Positions 1-13,600 of a stretch of 64,000 nt of DNA are shown here, one piece after another. Source of the stretch: Trichoplax sp. H2 (taxonomy: Eukaryota); assembly GCA_003344405.1 (NCBI GenBank), contig NOWV01000021.1, positions 124,001 to 188,000 of the forward strand. The letters run 5' to 3'. Under the pieces are notes generated by a model that saw only the letters and a program-made list of their open reading frames with translations, had not been told where the DNA came from and searched no databases. The stretch's first letter is position 1. The number at the start of each line of letters is the position of its first letter. The position numbers and the translations under genes were made by a program.

Positions 1-17
1 TTTATTCTATTCACTAG

Positions 18-3000
18 GGCTATTTGAACGATTACTCGTACAGTAATGCCGATACCGTACAACTGTTTGCCTCATTGACTAAAGTAAGTGAACATAACTT
101 TAATTGTAATTTTGCGTCTATAAATGAAAGATAAAGATGATAGTCATAAGTTGCTGCTACACTTATGGCTCATAAACACTAGCAATGAAATCAATATAAA
201 AACTTTCATCTATAATACAATATCTACGATGATTAATGCAATATCTGTTTCACTCAATATTAATTTAGGCTGTTGCTCAAAATCCATTTAATATCAGCGA
301 ATTTTTGGGCCCATGGGTTTACCAGATGGGTTACCCAGTGGTTAATGTAACTCGAGATACACAGAACAATCAAGGTGTTATGACTCAACAAAGGTAACGT
401 GTAGTTCTTGAACTATCTATATTCTATAATGTTAATAAGAATATGATTTACTAATATGATGATATCATTCCTGAAGCAATCTTGTCCGTTAAAATAATTC
501 TGTTATGGTTATAGTAATCTGCCTTTACTGAAAGTATTTTATAATAGCTTAGTTCAAATTTAAAAAATTTTCCTCTTCTAAAATCATTTGCATCGATTCA
601 TAACAGATATCTTAATAACAAGGACGCAAATCCAAGTCAGGAAGGAACTGGATCTCCATATGTGTCACCATACCAGTAAGTAATAATTATCTGCTATATC
701 TGTAAATCGTAGGACATTTTCATAGAGTTAATCCTAGGGATATAGTAAATTATTTAAAAAGCAATTATAATCTTCTTGAGTTTGTGCGATCTCAATCTAA
801 TTTCATAAGGAATTTCCAATTAGGAAGAAATAGATAACACTAATATATTAATTGATTTTTGATATGAAGTATCTGAAATCTATTTATGATAAAAATTAAT
901 TCATATTATTGATAATTATTTCCCTTGACAGATACAAATGGACAATCCCAGTAAACTATTATGATCAAGCATCATCTAACGTCAGACGAGTTGTCTTTGG
1001 AATGAATGATGGTAAAGCCTATATACTGAACAGTTCTATTGAGGAAGTAAACGGTTCATAGATCAACATTTCTAACATTGGTATTTGATTATATAGCTCA
1101 AGCTGTTGTTCCTTGGCCTGCAAATAGCTGGATCAAATTGAATGCTAACCAAATGGGATTCTATCGTGTTATGTATCCAATCGATAACTGGAATCGTCTA
1201 GCTACTGCTTTGCAAAGTAATCTAAATGTAAGTGCAGTAATTAATAAACTAAAATTGTAATGGCCAATATTATATTCGTATAATGACAGCTTCGTTTATG
1301 CCCCCGAAATCGAAAAATATTATATCCTAGCATATTAATCTCCTGTAATCGTATCTCTTTCTAAAATAATTATAGGTGTTGCTGAATACAGACAGAGCTA
1401 ATCTGTTAGATGATGCTTTCACTTTTGCTTTGTACGTATAACTTATCAACAGCCTTGAAAATGCACGATTTTCATAATCTTAAAGAGTACGCTTTAAATA
1501 TCATAATTACTAACATTATGTATCTTCCAACCCGATTCTATTAGGACTAAGCGCCTCGATATTACTGTACCTTTAAGTCTTACCAAGTATATGTCAAATG
1601 AGGTCGACCATCTGCCATGGACCGTTGTTTCCAATAACTTTTTCAACTTTCGGTTACGACTTTCCAACAGACAGTCTTTCCAACATTTTGTGGTAGGTTT
1701 TCCAATGAATATTGTGATAGCAGTAAAATGTTAGATGTATTTTATTGTTAGTATATTTTCCTATAGAATAAAAAGTGATTGATATTAGCAATAAATTTAT
1801 AAGCTTAGCTATCGGATATTTATTTAAATTATGAGTCTGCTTATTGCTTTTACTTATTAAGCTTGCGTTAGAATTCAGTTACAGGATGTAGTATAATTAT
1901 GAGAACATAGTTTGCCATGGTTATAGTTACATGTAGATTTAATTGACTTATATTGTTGATCACTTGTAAGCTGGGCTGAAATCTGAATTAGAATGGCGCT
2001 GCTACATTAACTCACGAAGGATGTTAGGAGTAATCAATTGTAGATATCAGACATTAGTATTAACTTTGTATGATGCCAGACATGTATATGATATTGTAAT
2101 GATCTACTAATGTTAAAAGATTAATGGTTATATTCTATTGTGATACTTTTTACGACAGAAATATAATTTAAAGATCTCTGGTCCTCCAGCCGATAGACTC
2201 CAATTTTTGGATACCGGAGGCTTCATGGAAAAGTAAGTATGAAAATAAGGAGGAGATATGTAGCAGATATTCCTAGTTAACTTTTACAAGTGTTGTCAAA
2301 TTACTAATATAATCATCGTTGCCAACAAGCTTCTTTTGCATTAACCCAATTAATATTTATTATCACTTCATATAGGAGCGCTCGATACACAGTTTTGAAC
2401 ACTGCCTGTGGTGCTGGTTATGTTCCATGCATTAATAATGCTAGCGCTATATTAGCAAAATACATGATGAATAAAGTGGCTAACAAGTTAGTTCTATTTC
2501 TTTTCATTTCTTTTTAATTACATATGCAATATACCCATATGCACTAATTTACCCGAAGATCAATAGTATTTGATACTTTAATTACTTTGTAAGATGTATT
2601 AGAGATACACCTATAAGATGAGATCTATGATTTTTAAATCAGTTTACTTCTAATCGTATAGTGTTCCAGCCACATACAGAACCATCGTCTTTAGATATGG
2701 TATTGCCTATGGTGGTGTTGCAGAATGGGATGCTCTCTATAATGAGATGAGACAATCATTGGATATTACTGATAGAGGACGAATCTTAAATGCCTTATCC
2801 TATGCTCGTCAACCATGGATTTTGAGAAGGTCAATAATCAAATCCTGCTATCTAAACCGTTCTAATTTTAATCAATTTACAATATCCTTTCACGACGGCA
2901 TTTATGAGAATGTATTCTATTTTGACATTAAGCAACATTAAATTTACTAATAGTTAAGGATCATAGTAAATTTGTGATCATTCTGATAAATGCAATAGTG

Positions 3001-4251
3001 GATCAATTCGAATCCAAACGTATGATGTTCGTATACAATATTATTCTTGAGATGGCGTTGCAGTATGGCATTGATCTGTGTCAATGACCGAGGATATTTT
3101 GATGTGCTTAATTAGCGTTGTTTTAGAGTATCAAGAATATTGAAATATAAATCTATGCTATAGCTATTAGAAGAACAGCAAGCATTACATCACAATTTCA
3201 TGAAGATTAATTAATATTTATAGTATCCATTTATGATGGTATTTTCGAGATGGCATTCTATTTCGAAATTCAGTAACATTAGATTTACTAATAGTTCAGG
3301 ATCATAGTGAAATTACGACCATTCTGTTAAATGTAATATTAGATCAATTCGTAATCTAAATGTATGATATTCGCGTACAATATTATTCTAGAGAAGGAGT
3401 TGTAGCATGGTTGTGATTTGTATTAAATGATTGAAGATACTATTGATTCACTTAATGAGCTTTGTTTTGGAGCGTCAAAAATATTGAAATATAAACCTAC
3501 ATTATAGCTATTAGAAGAGTCGTGAGAATTATCACAGTTTCGTAGAGATTAATACCCTAAAAAAATGAGTTAGTAAAAACACTTTGGCTAGGAATAGCTG
3601 AATAATCCTTTTACTAATTTCTTTACAGATTCTTGAATTATTCCATGGATCCAACCAAGATTTCTGCCTCATCTACTTTCACTGTCTTTACCTTTGTCAG
3701 TCGTAATCCTGTTGGACGCTATCTTGCTTGGGATTATTTCCGTGAAAATCAAGCTTTCATCAAGCAAAGGTAATAAGTTACTAAAGTTTATATTCAATGC
3801 GATCATATATCCTAATTTGTTATCAAGGCATTAATAACTTACGCTCTCTTTTGACTCCATTCAGGTATGGATCAACAAGAACTTTATTAAGTATTGTCAC
3901 CCAATACTTTAATGATCAATTCAGGCTAGACGAGGTAAGTTTTCTGATATGAATCATTGATCTAATCAATGTTAATTTGACATAAAGCCGATCTATGACG
4001 AAAATTCTTTAATTCAGTCATGCTACAAGAATAATATAGGCCATTCAGCGATCGGTGCAACCTTCTCTAATTCTATGTTTCCAAATCATTTCCTATAATA
4101 TCTCTAGGTCAGGAAATATATTGCTGCCTATCCGGAAACAACATTAGCCGCTAAAGCTACAGAAAATGGCATCATTGCTCGTATCCAAAACAATATGCGA
4201 TACTTGACTGATTTCGAGTCAAAAATGAGTACTTGGTTTTCACAAAATTAA
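18..4251 (+). CDS. M1 family aminopeptidase (aminopeptidase N/A-like), 3' portion; 5' end and catalytic motif lie before the window
   Basis: Spliced exons (18-83, 269-393, 607-~677, ... 4108-4251) give GYLNDYSYSNADT, PWVYQMGYPVVNV, YKWTIPV, WIKLNANQMGFYRVMY, DRANLLDDAF, NPVGRYLAWDYFREN. These match the M1/ERAP1-C region. Stop TAA at 4249-4251. Confidence 0.93.
2875..3553. repeat. Diverged direct duplication of ~340 bp inside an intron of aminopeptidase copy 1
   Basis: ~2875-3211 aligns colinearly with ~3216-3553. Shared blocks include ATTTACTAATAGTT, GATCAATTCG, TACAATATTATTCT, AATATTGAAATATAAA and TATAGCTATTAGAAGA. Confidence 0.85.
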
Positions 4252-7200
4252 GATGGCAATGTGATTAATAAAAAGGAAACAGTGAATAATCGATCATTTT
4301 CACTAGTAACACTAATAATATAATGGTAGATTAAATTAAAAGTTTTACTTAGTATCAAGCGGGCCATCATTTAAAAATGCTGTAGAAAATAGAGTGTTTG
4401 GTAATATATTGATAATTTTAAATATTTTATGTTAGCTTATTGGGCGACTTCATCAGTATTGATCTAAGCTTATGCACCCGCATAACTATTTTATTTTGCC
4501 AATATGCAATTTGCAGTCTTCTCTATAGTCAAGGCGAGCTACAATAATCAATTCTAGCAATGATATGCTGAAATCGGTACTAAGACTTCATGGTGTAATG
4601 TTATTTTAGTTTAACTTTTAATCACGGCAATATTCAAGTATTGATCATGATAAAATAGCAAATGGATTGTTTAAGAATAGTTCAGCTCATTTTTTATTTG
4701 GTATGATTTCCAAACCTAGACCATAAGATGTTAGTTAACCGTAGTACCTCTTTCGCTAGATTCGGTTATTTGCAATGATGAAAACTCGGTTGTACTACAA
4801 TTTCATCGTTGTTGTCGGTAATTGTTGTATTTTTACCCCATCGATTGTAGGAATAAAATGATCTTTTAGAGCTAAAAATACAGGGTGTTGGTTTCTTATT
4901 CTTCTTTATTTCTTCAAAATAACACTAATATATCACAAGACATAGCGCCAAGGCTAATTGCTTTAAACATGAGTAGATAATTATCTCACTATCAGATTAC
5001 TAACTATCTTACTGTATTAGCTACTTTTTCTCCCTCATTTCCTCAAAATAGCACTACTATATCACTAAGATCAATTACCTTTAACATGAACAGATGATTT
5101 TATTTTCACTATCGGATATCTGATGCTGTAGTTGAAGATTAACAATGATCGTATGATTTATAGTTTTGTAAAGAAATTCAATCTAATAAGCAATAAGATG
5201 GAATCAAAGCATGAAGTTATTCAATGATTATAAAATTGACTATATTGAAATATACCATCCTATAAAATGATGATTCACTAAATTTAATGAGGTGCTGCTA
5301 ACTAATTTTAGGAGTGCTATAGGGATGTCCAGGATGGACTTATTGATTGCTTATTATAATATTGCTTATTAGTATACGATCAATTAGCCGACGAGTTAAC
5401 TTTAAAATACAGCGGTCAGACATGAACTACTGAGCTTAATTATCTTAAAACCGATGCTATCAAATGCAAATAGTATGGCGATATTGAAGTTATAATAGTA
5501 GTAAAATATTGATGATGCATCATAAGCCATGACTGCAAGCCTTAGCATAGAAATTTAAAATCTTTCGCATTCAGCGAGTAAATGAATTGTTTATTATTCA
5601 CAAATAGTCATCAACCTATCGATCTAACGATAATAGAAATCTTTAAAATGATTCGAGAATCGAGAAAAAATAACCGGTATTCTATTCTTTTAAGGTATTA
5701 AACTAAATAGAGCAACAATTATGTAATATTATAGCCTCGCTTGACATGTGATAAAGTAAGAAGTGAAAGATTCAATTTAGCCGTAAGTAAGATCAGTTTT
5801 AGTGATGTCGAAAGTGAAGAATAATAAATGTACTCGCAATTAATAAATATTAGCGAACCTTAATTATAATCTGTAAAGCATAGGCTAGAACGGAAGTAAT
5901 GCTATAAACGAAATATTACTTTTCTGTTACGTAGCTAATGGAAATTTGGAATAGTGATTAGTGTCTGCTTTTTAAGTATAAATTAAGCAACAGTAATAAA
6001 CTTTTAATTCGATTTAAGAAATGAAAGAATAGGATCATTCAGTGTAAGAAACTAGAGAGATCTCTTGATTAGCTATAGCAAATTGAGTATTTACATATCA
6101 CATTGATGCTTAAATTATCAATGTTACTGCTGCTTGCTCCTATAGTAGCCTATAGAAGGGCTCTATCTAATAGGTGTTTTCTCAACTGGGCTTGTTAAAT
6201 GTTAATTAGATAGAACTTTATTTAAAACAGTAACGACGGCATGAAAACTGTATAGAGTTGATGGAGAAGCTGTTTAAATAGGACGGAACGTGTCATTACC
6301 CAAATGGAAAAATGTACTTAAATAAATGAAGAATAGCGGTCGAGTAGTGCATTTCAGTTAGACAAAGCTATAATAAAATGACTGTTACTAAATTATATAT
6401 AATCTACTAGTATAGCAATTAAGAATATTGGAAATAACTAGCTGTATCAGTTCTTTCGTGCACAAACTTCAAATAATTCAGGTACCGGTATCAATTACTT
6501 TGAAATGAAATTGGCACAAAAGCAATCGTTAAAAACTATTAACACCTAAAAGATTTCTTTACATTGAATTAAACATATCGTTTTACAGTAAGTTTCCTAT
6601 TGTCATTTAAAAATCAACTAAAAGTTAATTGCCCATGCGATTAATTAAATAAGAATCATAGCGTTAATTGAAAGTTTTTACATGATATAAATAGCTTAAT
6701 AGACAATTTTATCTACCGATACTGAAATTTAATAGTCTACAAACGCAGAAAAATATGGAAATGATTTGTTATAAATTGTGCAATTAAAAATTAGCCAGAT
6801 TAAAATATAATTCAAGAGCAATTGAAAAGTCCTTCATAATTGGCTCAACTAATACAGGAGTTCTCGATAAATTAATTATTAAAAGCTTATGCTCCAATTC
6901 ATGCTAAAGTGAACAGTATTGGTTGTCAATTGAAAGAATAGCAACATCCTAGAATAGATAGATTTATAAGTGGACACTTATCAGTCAACATCCACCATTT
7001 ACGTTGAAAATCAATGTACTATAAGTTAGGAGAATAAATTTAAGTGATAATTAAAGTAGAAATTGGCAATTCTGACAATGATAAATTAGAAGAGTAAATT
7101 TATAACGTTGATCGACCGATATCTTGATTTATATGTGGCAAGAATGAACGGTAGGACTTGCCCTAAGGCGTTCTAGTCATAATAGGTGTTCATACGAGTA

Positions 7201-7620
7201 TAGTAGCTCTAAAGGCGGACCGATTGAATTTGTAACATATGAATTGACTAGACACCTGATCAAACAGTTCATTAATTATGCTTATTAAGAGTATAATTGA
7301 TTATTTGATTGCGTAAACTATATAACGAAAAACTCTACACTTATATTAAAAATAAGTATTGTTCATCGCGTTTGCTTTGATCATCACTGCTGAATTTACG
7401 ACAAATAAAAATTAAAATTGCTACTATGCAGCCTGGAATAATGTCAATTTTTAACCAAACGGTTTAATAATTTCCATGACCATGTTGACATAAGCCATTG
7501 TTGGCCTGGCTTAGTTATAGAATCAATTCGGTATATATAAATTGGTTAACTTAATATCGTAAATTATTGTCATTCTTCCTTGCTGATGGGGGGTGTGCGT
7601 GAAAGTAGTTGAAGTTGATC

Positions 7621-10600
7621 ATGTCTGAAAAGAATCATCCTTCATATCATGAAAATGATCATGCTGAGAAACAAAATGGCATATATTGCAGTCTTGTTAA
7701 TTTGGTTACTTTTATTGCAGTTTGTGTCATCCTTATCGTTACAGTTGGCCTGATTACAGGATTAATAAGTCATCGAATTATAGTCAAATCAACACCTATA
7801 TCCTCTACCGTCAGGCATACAACTCCTACCATGATACCTACAACACTAACAGGACCTAAATATAGTCAGTTAAGTAATCCACGCTTACCAAATACCGTTC
7901 GACCGTTGAATTATACATTCCAACTTGATTTCGATATGAATCAATTCAAGATTAATGGTATTAATGTCATTGAAATTAATGTTACGTCTACGACGAATAT
8001 CATTCTTGTCCATGCTGATGGGCTAACCATGTTGGCAGCGCCACAAGTGGCTAACCATGCTAATTTCAACACAAATTCTACAAATTTTGCAGTCGCTGAT
8101 CATGGCACTTATGCCAAGAATAGTTATTACTACGTGGTATTACGAGAGAATTTAGCTATTGGAGTATATTATATCAAGTTTAATTATGTTGCAGCTATAT
8201 CTTCCGGTCTTTTTGGACTTTACAAATATCAGTATACAAGAGCTTTCGATCATGAAGTCATGTAAGTGATTGGAATCCTAATAATTTCAATTCCTAATAC
8301 GATAGATTGACTACCAATTCTAATCCAATCGATATTCTAATTGTAGCAGATATTTTATTCTGCTATAATCAATATATTCCATTTCTATCTTGATTTTTAA
8401 TTTGAAATATTATGGGCGTCTTGAATGATATGTGACCGCACATGATAGCTGGGGTATAGCTAGCCAACTTGAGGCCTCCTATGCAAGGCAAGTTTTGCCA
8501 TGCTTTGATGAACCAGCATTAAAAGCAAGATTTACTGCAACTATCATTATACCCAATAATTATACAACACGATGGAATATGCCTCTACTGAAGAAGGAAG
8601 CTATGGCTAACAATAAGAATCGCTACCAGTTTGGCAGTATGTGCTACTTATAAATAGTTACTTGAATTAGTCTAGAACGACAGCAGCATGAGATATTATT
8701 GACCACATTTAAGCTATTTAGAAGTGATATAATACATTAACTCTTTCAAATTTATACTTTTTATATTTTAGCTACAGTTACTAGATCTACTTTTAACTGG
8801 AATAACCATTTAAAATGATCTTTCTGCCGTAATTTATTCTGCTATCGGTAAATAAGTGAATTCTTCTTAGAGCTTTTGATATGCTAATATCATTGCGAAT
8901 AGTTACTATATTTACTCTAACGAAGATTACAATCATGAATCATTTTTTGCTGCAATTTATTTTGATTTTACGAAAAAATCATCTTATCTTAGTGGCCTTC
9001 ACTACCTTACCTACTTTAATTAGGAGAATGATATACAAGAGGAATATTTCCTAATGTAGTTCGCAATATTTTAACTGATCCATTGATTTCATTCAAGCAA
9101 CTTTGGTCATACCAACACATTTGCTGGCATTTACCATATTTACTCGTCTGAAATATTCACGTAAAATAATGATTTCATTATCTTAAATTAATACATTAAC
9201 TATTTAATTTCAGCAACACTGGTTATGTCGACATATTTGCTGGCATTTACCGTTGACAATTTTGACTTTGTAGAAGGCAGAACTGCACGTAATACTCGAG
9301 TAAGAAAACTTCATTACGATTGCATTTCTATTAGATTAAGAATAAATGTATAATTTCAAGCTAATTTGATGTTCTTTTTCGAAAATGAGTATATTTATCA
9401 CCTTAATTAATAGCCATCTTTTCTTAACATTAAAAGATTAGGGTATATGCTCGCGAATCGGTCAAAAACGATACTTACTTCGCCTTAGGAGTTGCCACAA
9501 ATATGACGGAATTCTTTGAAAATTTACTAGCTATTCCATACCCTTTGCCTAAACAAGGTGGAGGATTATCCTAACTTAATAGTTTTATAAAGAGATCATC
9601 TTGCAATTGCTAGATAATTTAGCATCCAAGCCATTATTGACTTTTTAGAAATCCTGATAGTGATTAAAATATTAATACTAATGCTGAATTGGATTAATAT
9701 CAACAAGCATGTGTTCGAGATAGTTATACATATGTTAAGCATAGGGATAATGGATGTTTTTAACGAATACAGACCATGTCGCTATTCCTGCATTTTCGTT
9801 TACTGGTATGGAAAATTGGGGGTTATGTCTTTATCGGGAGCAATTTATAATTTATAATTACTATTTGACGACGTTAACTTTCAAAAGAGCGATTGCAACG
9901 ACCATTACTAACGAAATAGCTCATATGGTAATTGAATATTACACCATTCTAATTAAATCTATTTCGCAATATTAGTAATCTTTAGATGTATATATTTGTA
10001 ATAACAATACGTTTATGTTATACACATCTAATAATTTAATAATTTAAAATTATTAGTATTGTAAATGCATGATAGAATCGTTCAGTGTTGCTTATCTTTC
10101 TTTCGTTTTACGCTTTTTTAAATCTAGTGGTTTGGTAATTTGGTGACAATGACATTTTGGAATCATTTATGGACCAAGGAAGGAATGGCTACATTCTTGT
10201 CCTCTTACGCTGCTAATACTTACTTACCATCTATGAAATTGGTTAGAATGAATTTTTTGTTATCATTGATTAGTCTATTCTGAGATATCCAAGGATAATT
10301 TTAACTATCTTTGCTACAAAATGTAATTTTATAAAATAAAATCTTAATTTTCTGGTGTTGACGATTAATAATCTATGTGTAGATGGAATTCTTTACTGTT
10401 GATGAACTACGAAATGGTCTTGTTGTTGACTCTTCTGCTTCTCATCCCCTTGTGCCTCCTGCTCAATATGGCCCTTTCTTTGATGTAATAACATACTCAA
10501 AGGTATTTACAAGAGAATATAACGTACAATCTCTCCGTAGACTTTGCCGATAATATTAAGTTGGCTTGTGCTATCATACAGTTCATTTAGAATATTTTCA

Positions 10601-13600
10601 ATGGTAATGTCTTACTAAATTACCTTGCCAATGGTTAAAAAGTAAAGAAAAAACTAATTTCTTGCACCAAACTCTTACAATAGATCTTTATTCATAATTA
10701 AATTTACTTACCAATGCAAAACGCCTTGTGTTTAGGAATAAAATTAAAATTTCAGACTAAAATATGGTAATTCTTTTCCATTTTGTTTTGGCAAGGGTGG
10801 TTCAATTTTTCGTATGATACATAATTATGTGGGAAACGACGATTTCGTAGCCAGTTTAAAGGTTTGTAATATGGCAGCTTTTGCTATCTTCTAGATAATT
10901 TCATGTAAATTCGTTTATTATTAGCTGTTATTAAATCTCGATATTTCATTATTAATCTTATCGGAAATTGTATGCTCATTCTGTTTATTTCTGATCTGAT
11001 CTAGCATTACTTAACCAAGTTCAGCTATAAAACAGCTATTACAGAGCAACTTTTTGCTGTTATGACTACGGTTAGATGATTTTTCAAATCTAAATATTAA
11101 CAAGTAACGAAGTTCTTCGCTTTCTAGTTATAATCGTTCACTATGTAACACGAAAGAATAACAAATTCAATTTGAATATCATTAACCGTTGCTAGACTAT
11201 CAACAAGTTTAATGTCAGTAATTATTTCGACTGTTGGGTCTATCAAATGGGTTATCCATTGGTCACAGTAACACGCGATTCAAGCAATACTAATGGCGGA
11301 ATAGTCAATCAGGCTCGGTACTTGTCCAACACGAATGCTAACCCTTCAGTTGATAATCCTACATCTCCGTACAAATCAACATGTGGGTGAGTAAATTAAA
11401 GTTTTTATATTTGTCATGGGTGATCTAGTTGTTCTACGGTATCTTATGGGTAATTAATGTTATTGACGTAAATATATTTTCTTTAGCTATAAATGGAATA
11501 TTCCCATCACTTATGTAACAAGTAATAACCCTACAACTACAATGAAAGCGAATTTTTACAAAAATACCAGTTAGTATTACAATAATATCAAAATTAAGCT
11601 GTACAACTGTTAGTTAATCGTTTGTCTACTGGTATATGGTTAAGGAATTTTATAAATTTTTCTAATAAAATAAATACATCAGTTATAGTTATACTGTCCA
11701 ACTCTGTTAGGCAATCTCCAAATATCTTGGCCGAATAATACCTGGATTAAAGCTAATATTGATCAGATTGGTTTTTATCGTGTAAACTATGATTTATCCA
11801 ACTGGGATGCGCTAGCGACTGCTTTACAAATAGATCATTCCGTAAGGGTTTCTAAGATAAATTTATATATGGATGAGAATCGCCTTTACGATACGATATT
11901 TAATAAAGTAATGTGATAATACTCGATCACGAATATTCCAAATTGTAGAAAATTAGAACTTTATTAGATCTAATACAAAGACTAGCTACACACAGCTCTA
12001 TTCTAGCCGAATACGACTACTGAAAGACTTCTAGAAAGAACAATAAGATAATCTAATGTCTCCTACTTTTATACTCTCCGTAGCCTTCGCAGCTACAATC
12101 AGCATAGCAGCATTCTACTATAATTTACACTTAGTCAAATTATTATTAGTAACAATATTTTACTGCGGACCATCATTAATCGGATATGAAAACAACTACA
12201 GTATTTCCGTAGATATTATTCTTAGCAGGCAAATTACGGGAAACTAAGCATATCCTAATATAAGAATTACAGTTCTATTTTTACTTCAAGCCTTAATAGT
12301 AACTTAATGACACCTTACCATATATAGTCATCTGTACTGTAGCATAGAATCTACCATTACAGTCCACAGTAGTGAACTACTAAATACGTCTTAAGATAAA
12401 TATAGAAAGTTGCGCTTCCGTACATCTTACTAAACATAGCTAATAGTCTACAATCACAATACTAAGTTTCGTTATAAGCAATTACTCAATTCTAGCTAAT
12501 ATATTTTAGTCATGTGCAAGCCATTACAATTAGACGTAATTGTGTAGAATATTTGCAAAAAAATTAAAATTCTACAGTTAATTATTATTTGCGACTACAA
12601 ATATTTATTTTTAGGTATTATCCAATTTAGATATTGCTAGCTTATTGGATGATGCTTTCCAGTTTGCGGCGTAAGATAATTAAACTTTTATACGGCAAAA
12701 TTTTCGCAAAATGCAGAATAGCATCAGTAGTAGAATCGTACTCATGTATATTCTAGACTTACAGCTATTTAAAATATATTATTTTTTATTACTTTACTGT
12801 TACTCGCAAGTTAATTGTTAATAGTTCGTTTGATGATGTACACGTAATGCTTCAATTTATCACTTTAGAAATGATATGGTTGACTATATGGCTCCTCTTA
12901 ATTTGACCAAGTACTTAAGCAAAGAAATAGATTTCTTACCTTGGCATATGGCTAACAAGCATCTAGATACTATTGGTGGGCGCCTCACCGGTAGTAGCTA
13001 TTATCAAGACTATATTGTAAGTTTACCTGATGATTTATTCTTTTCCTGAGCATAGAACAATCGATAAAATATTGCTCATGAAAGGTTATCTGGTATAAAG
13101 TATTACCTTGACTAACTACCAAGCTGATAACTAATATGGCCTACAAAGTAATCTGAAGTTTACAATTATCTTCGCTAATTTATTAGCAATATCACCTCCA
13201 AATTTTAAAACCAGCTGTTGATACATTAGGAGTGATAGACATTGGCACTGATATCGAAAAGTAAGTTATTAGCTTCAACTTGATTGAGACCATAGTGCAT
13301 AATTAAACTGAAGTTTACCAGAGGAATATATATTTATAATGATCAATTAAATATTAAATGAAAATATTTATTCGTTGCGACATATTAAAGGCATCACTGT
13401 TAGTGATGCTATAGCATACGCTAGGACTAATATATGTTTCGAACTAGAATGATTGCAAGAAGGTTGCCTTACCTACTGCGATTTTTTTTAAATGTATATC
13501 TAACAATATCTAGACCATTTCGATATCTTGGTTCTTGCCACATACTTACAGTAATCATTGGAATATTATAGCATATTGCTAGTAATAATTTTACAATGAT

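Noticed and set aside
12056..12247. 63-aa hydrophobic ORF inside the interspersed repeat
   Set aside because: The second copy has no matching ORF and there is no transposase similarity.
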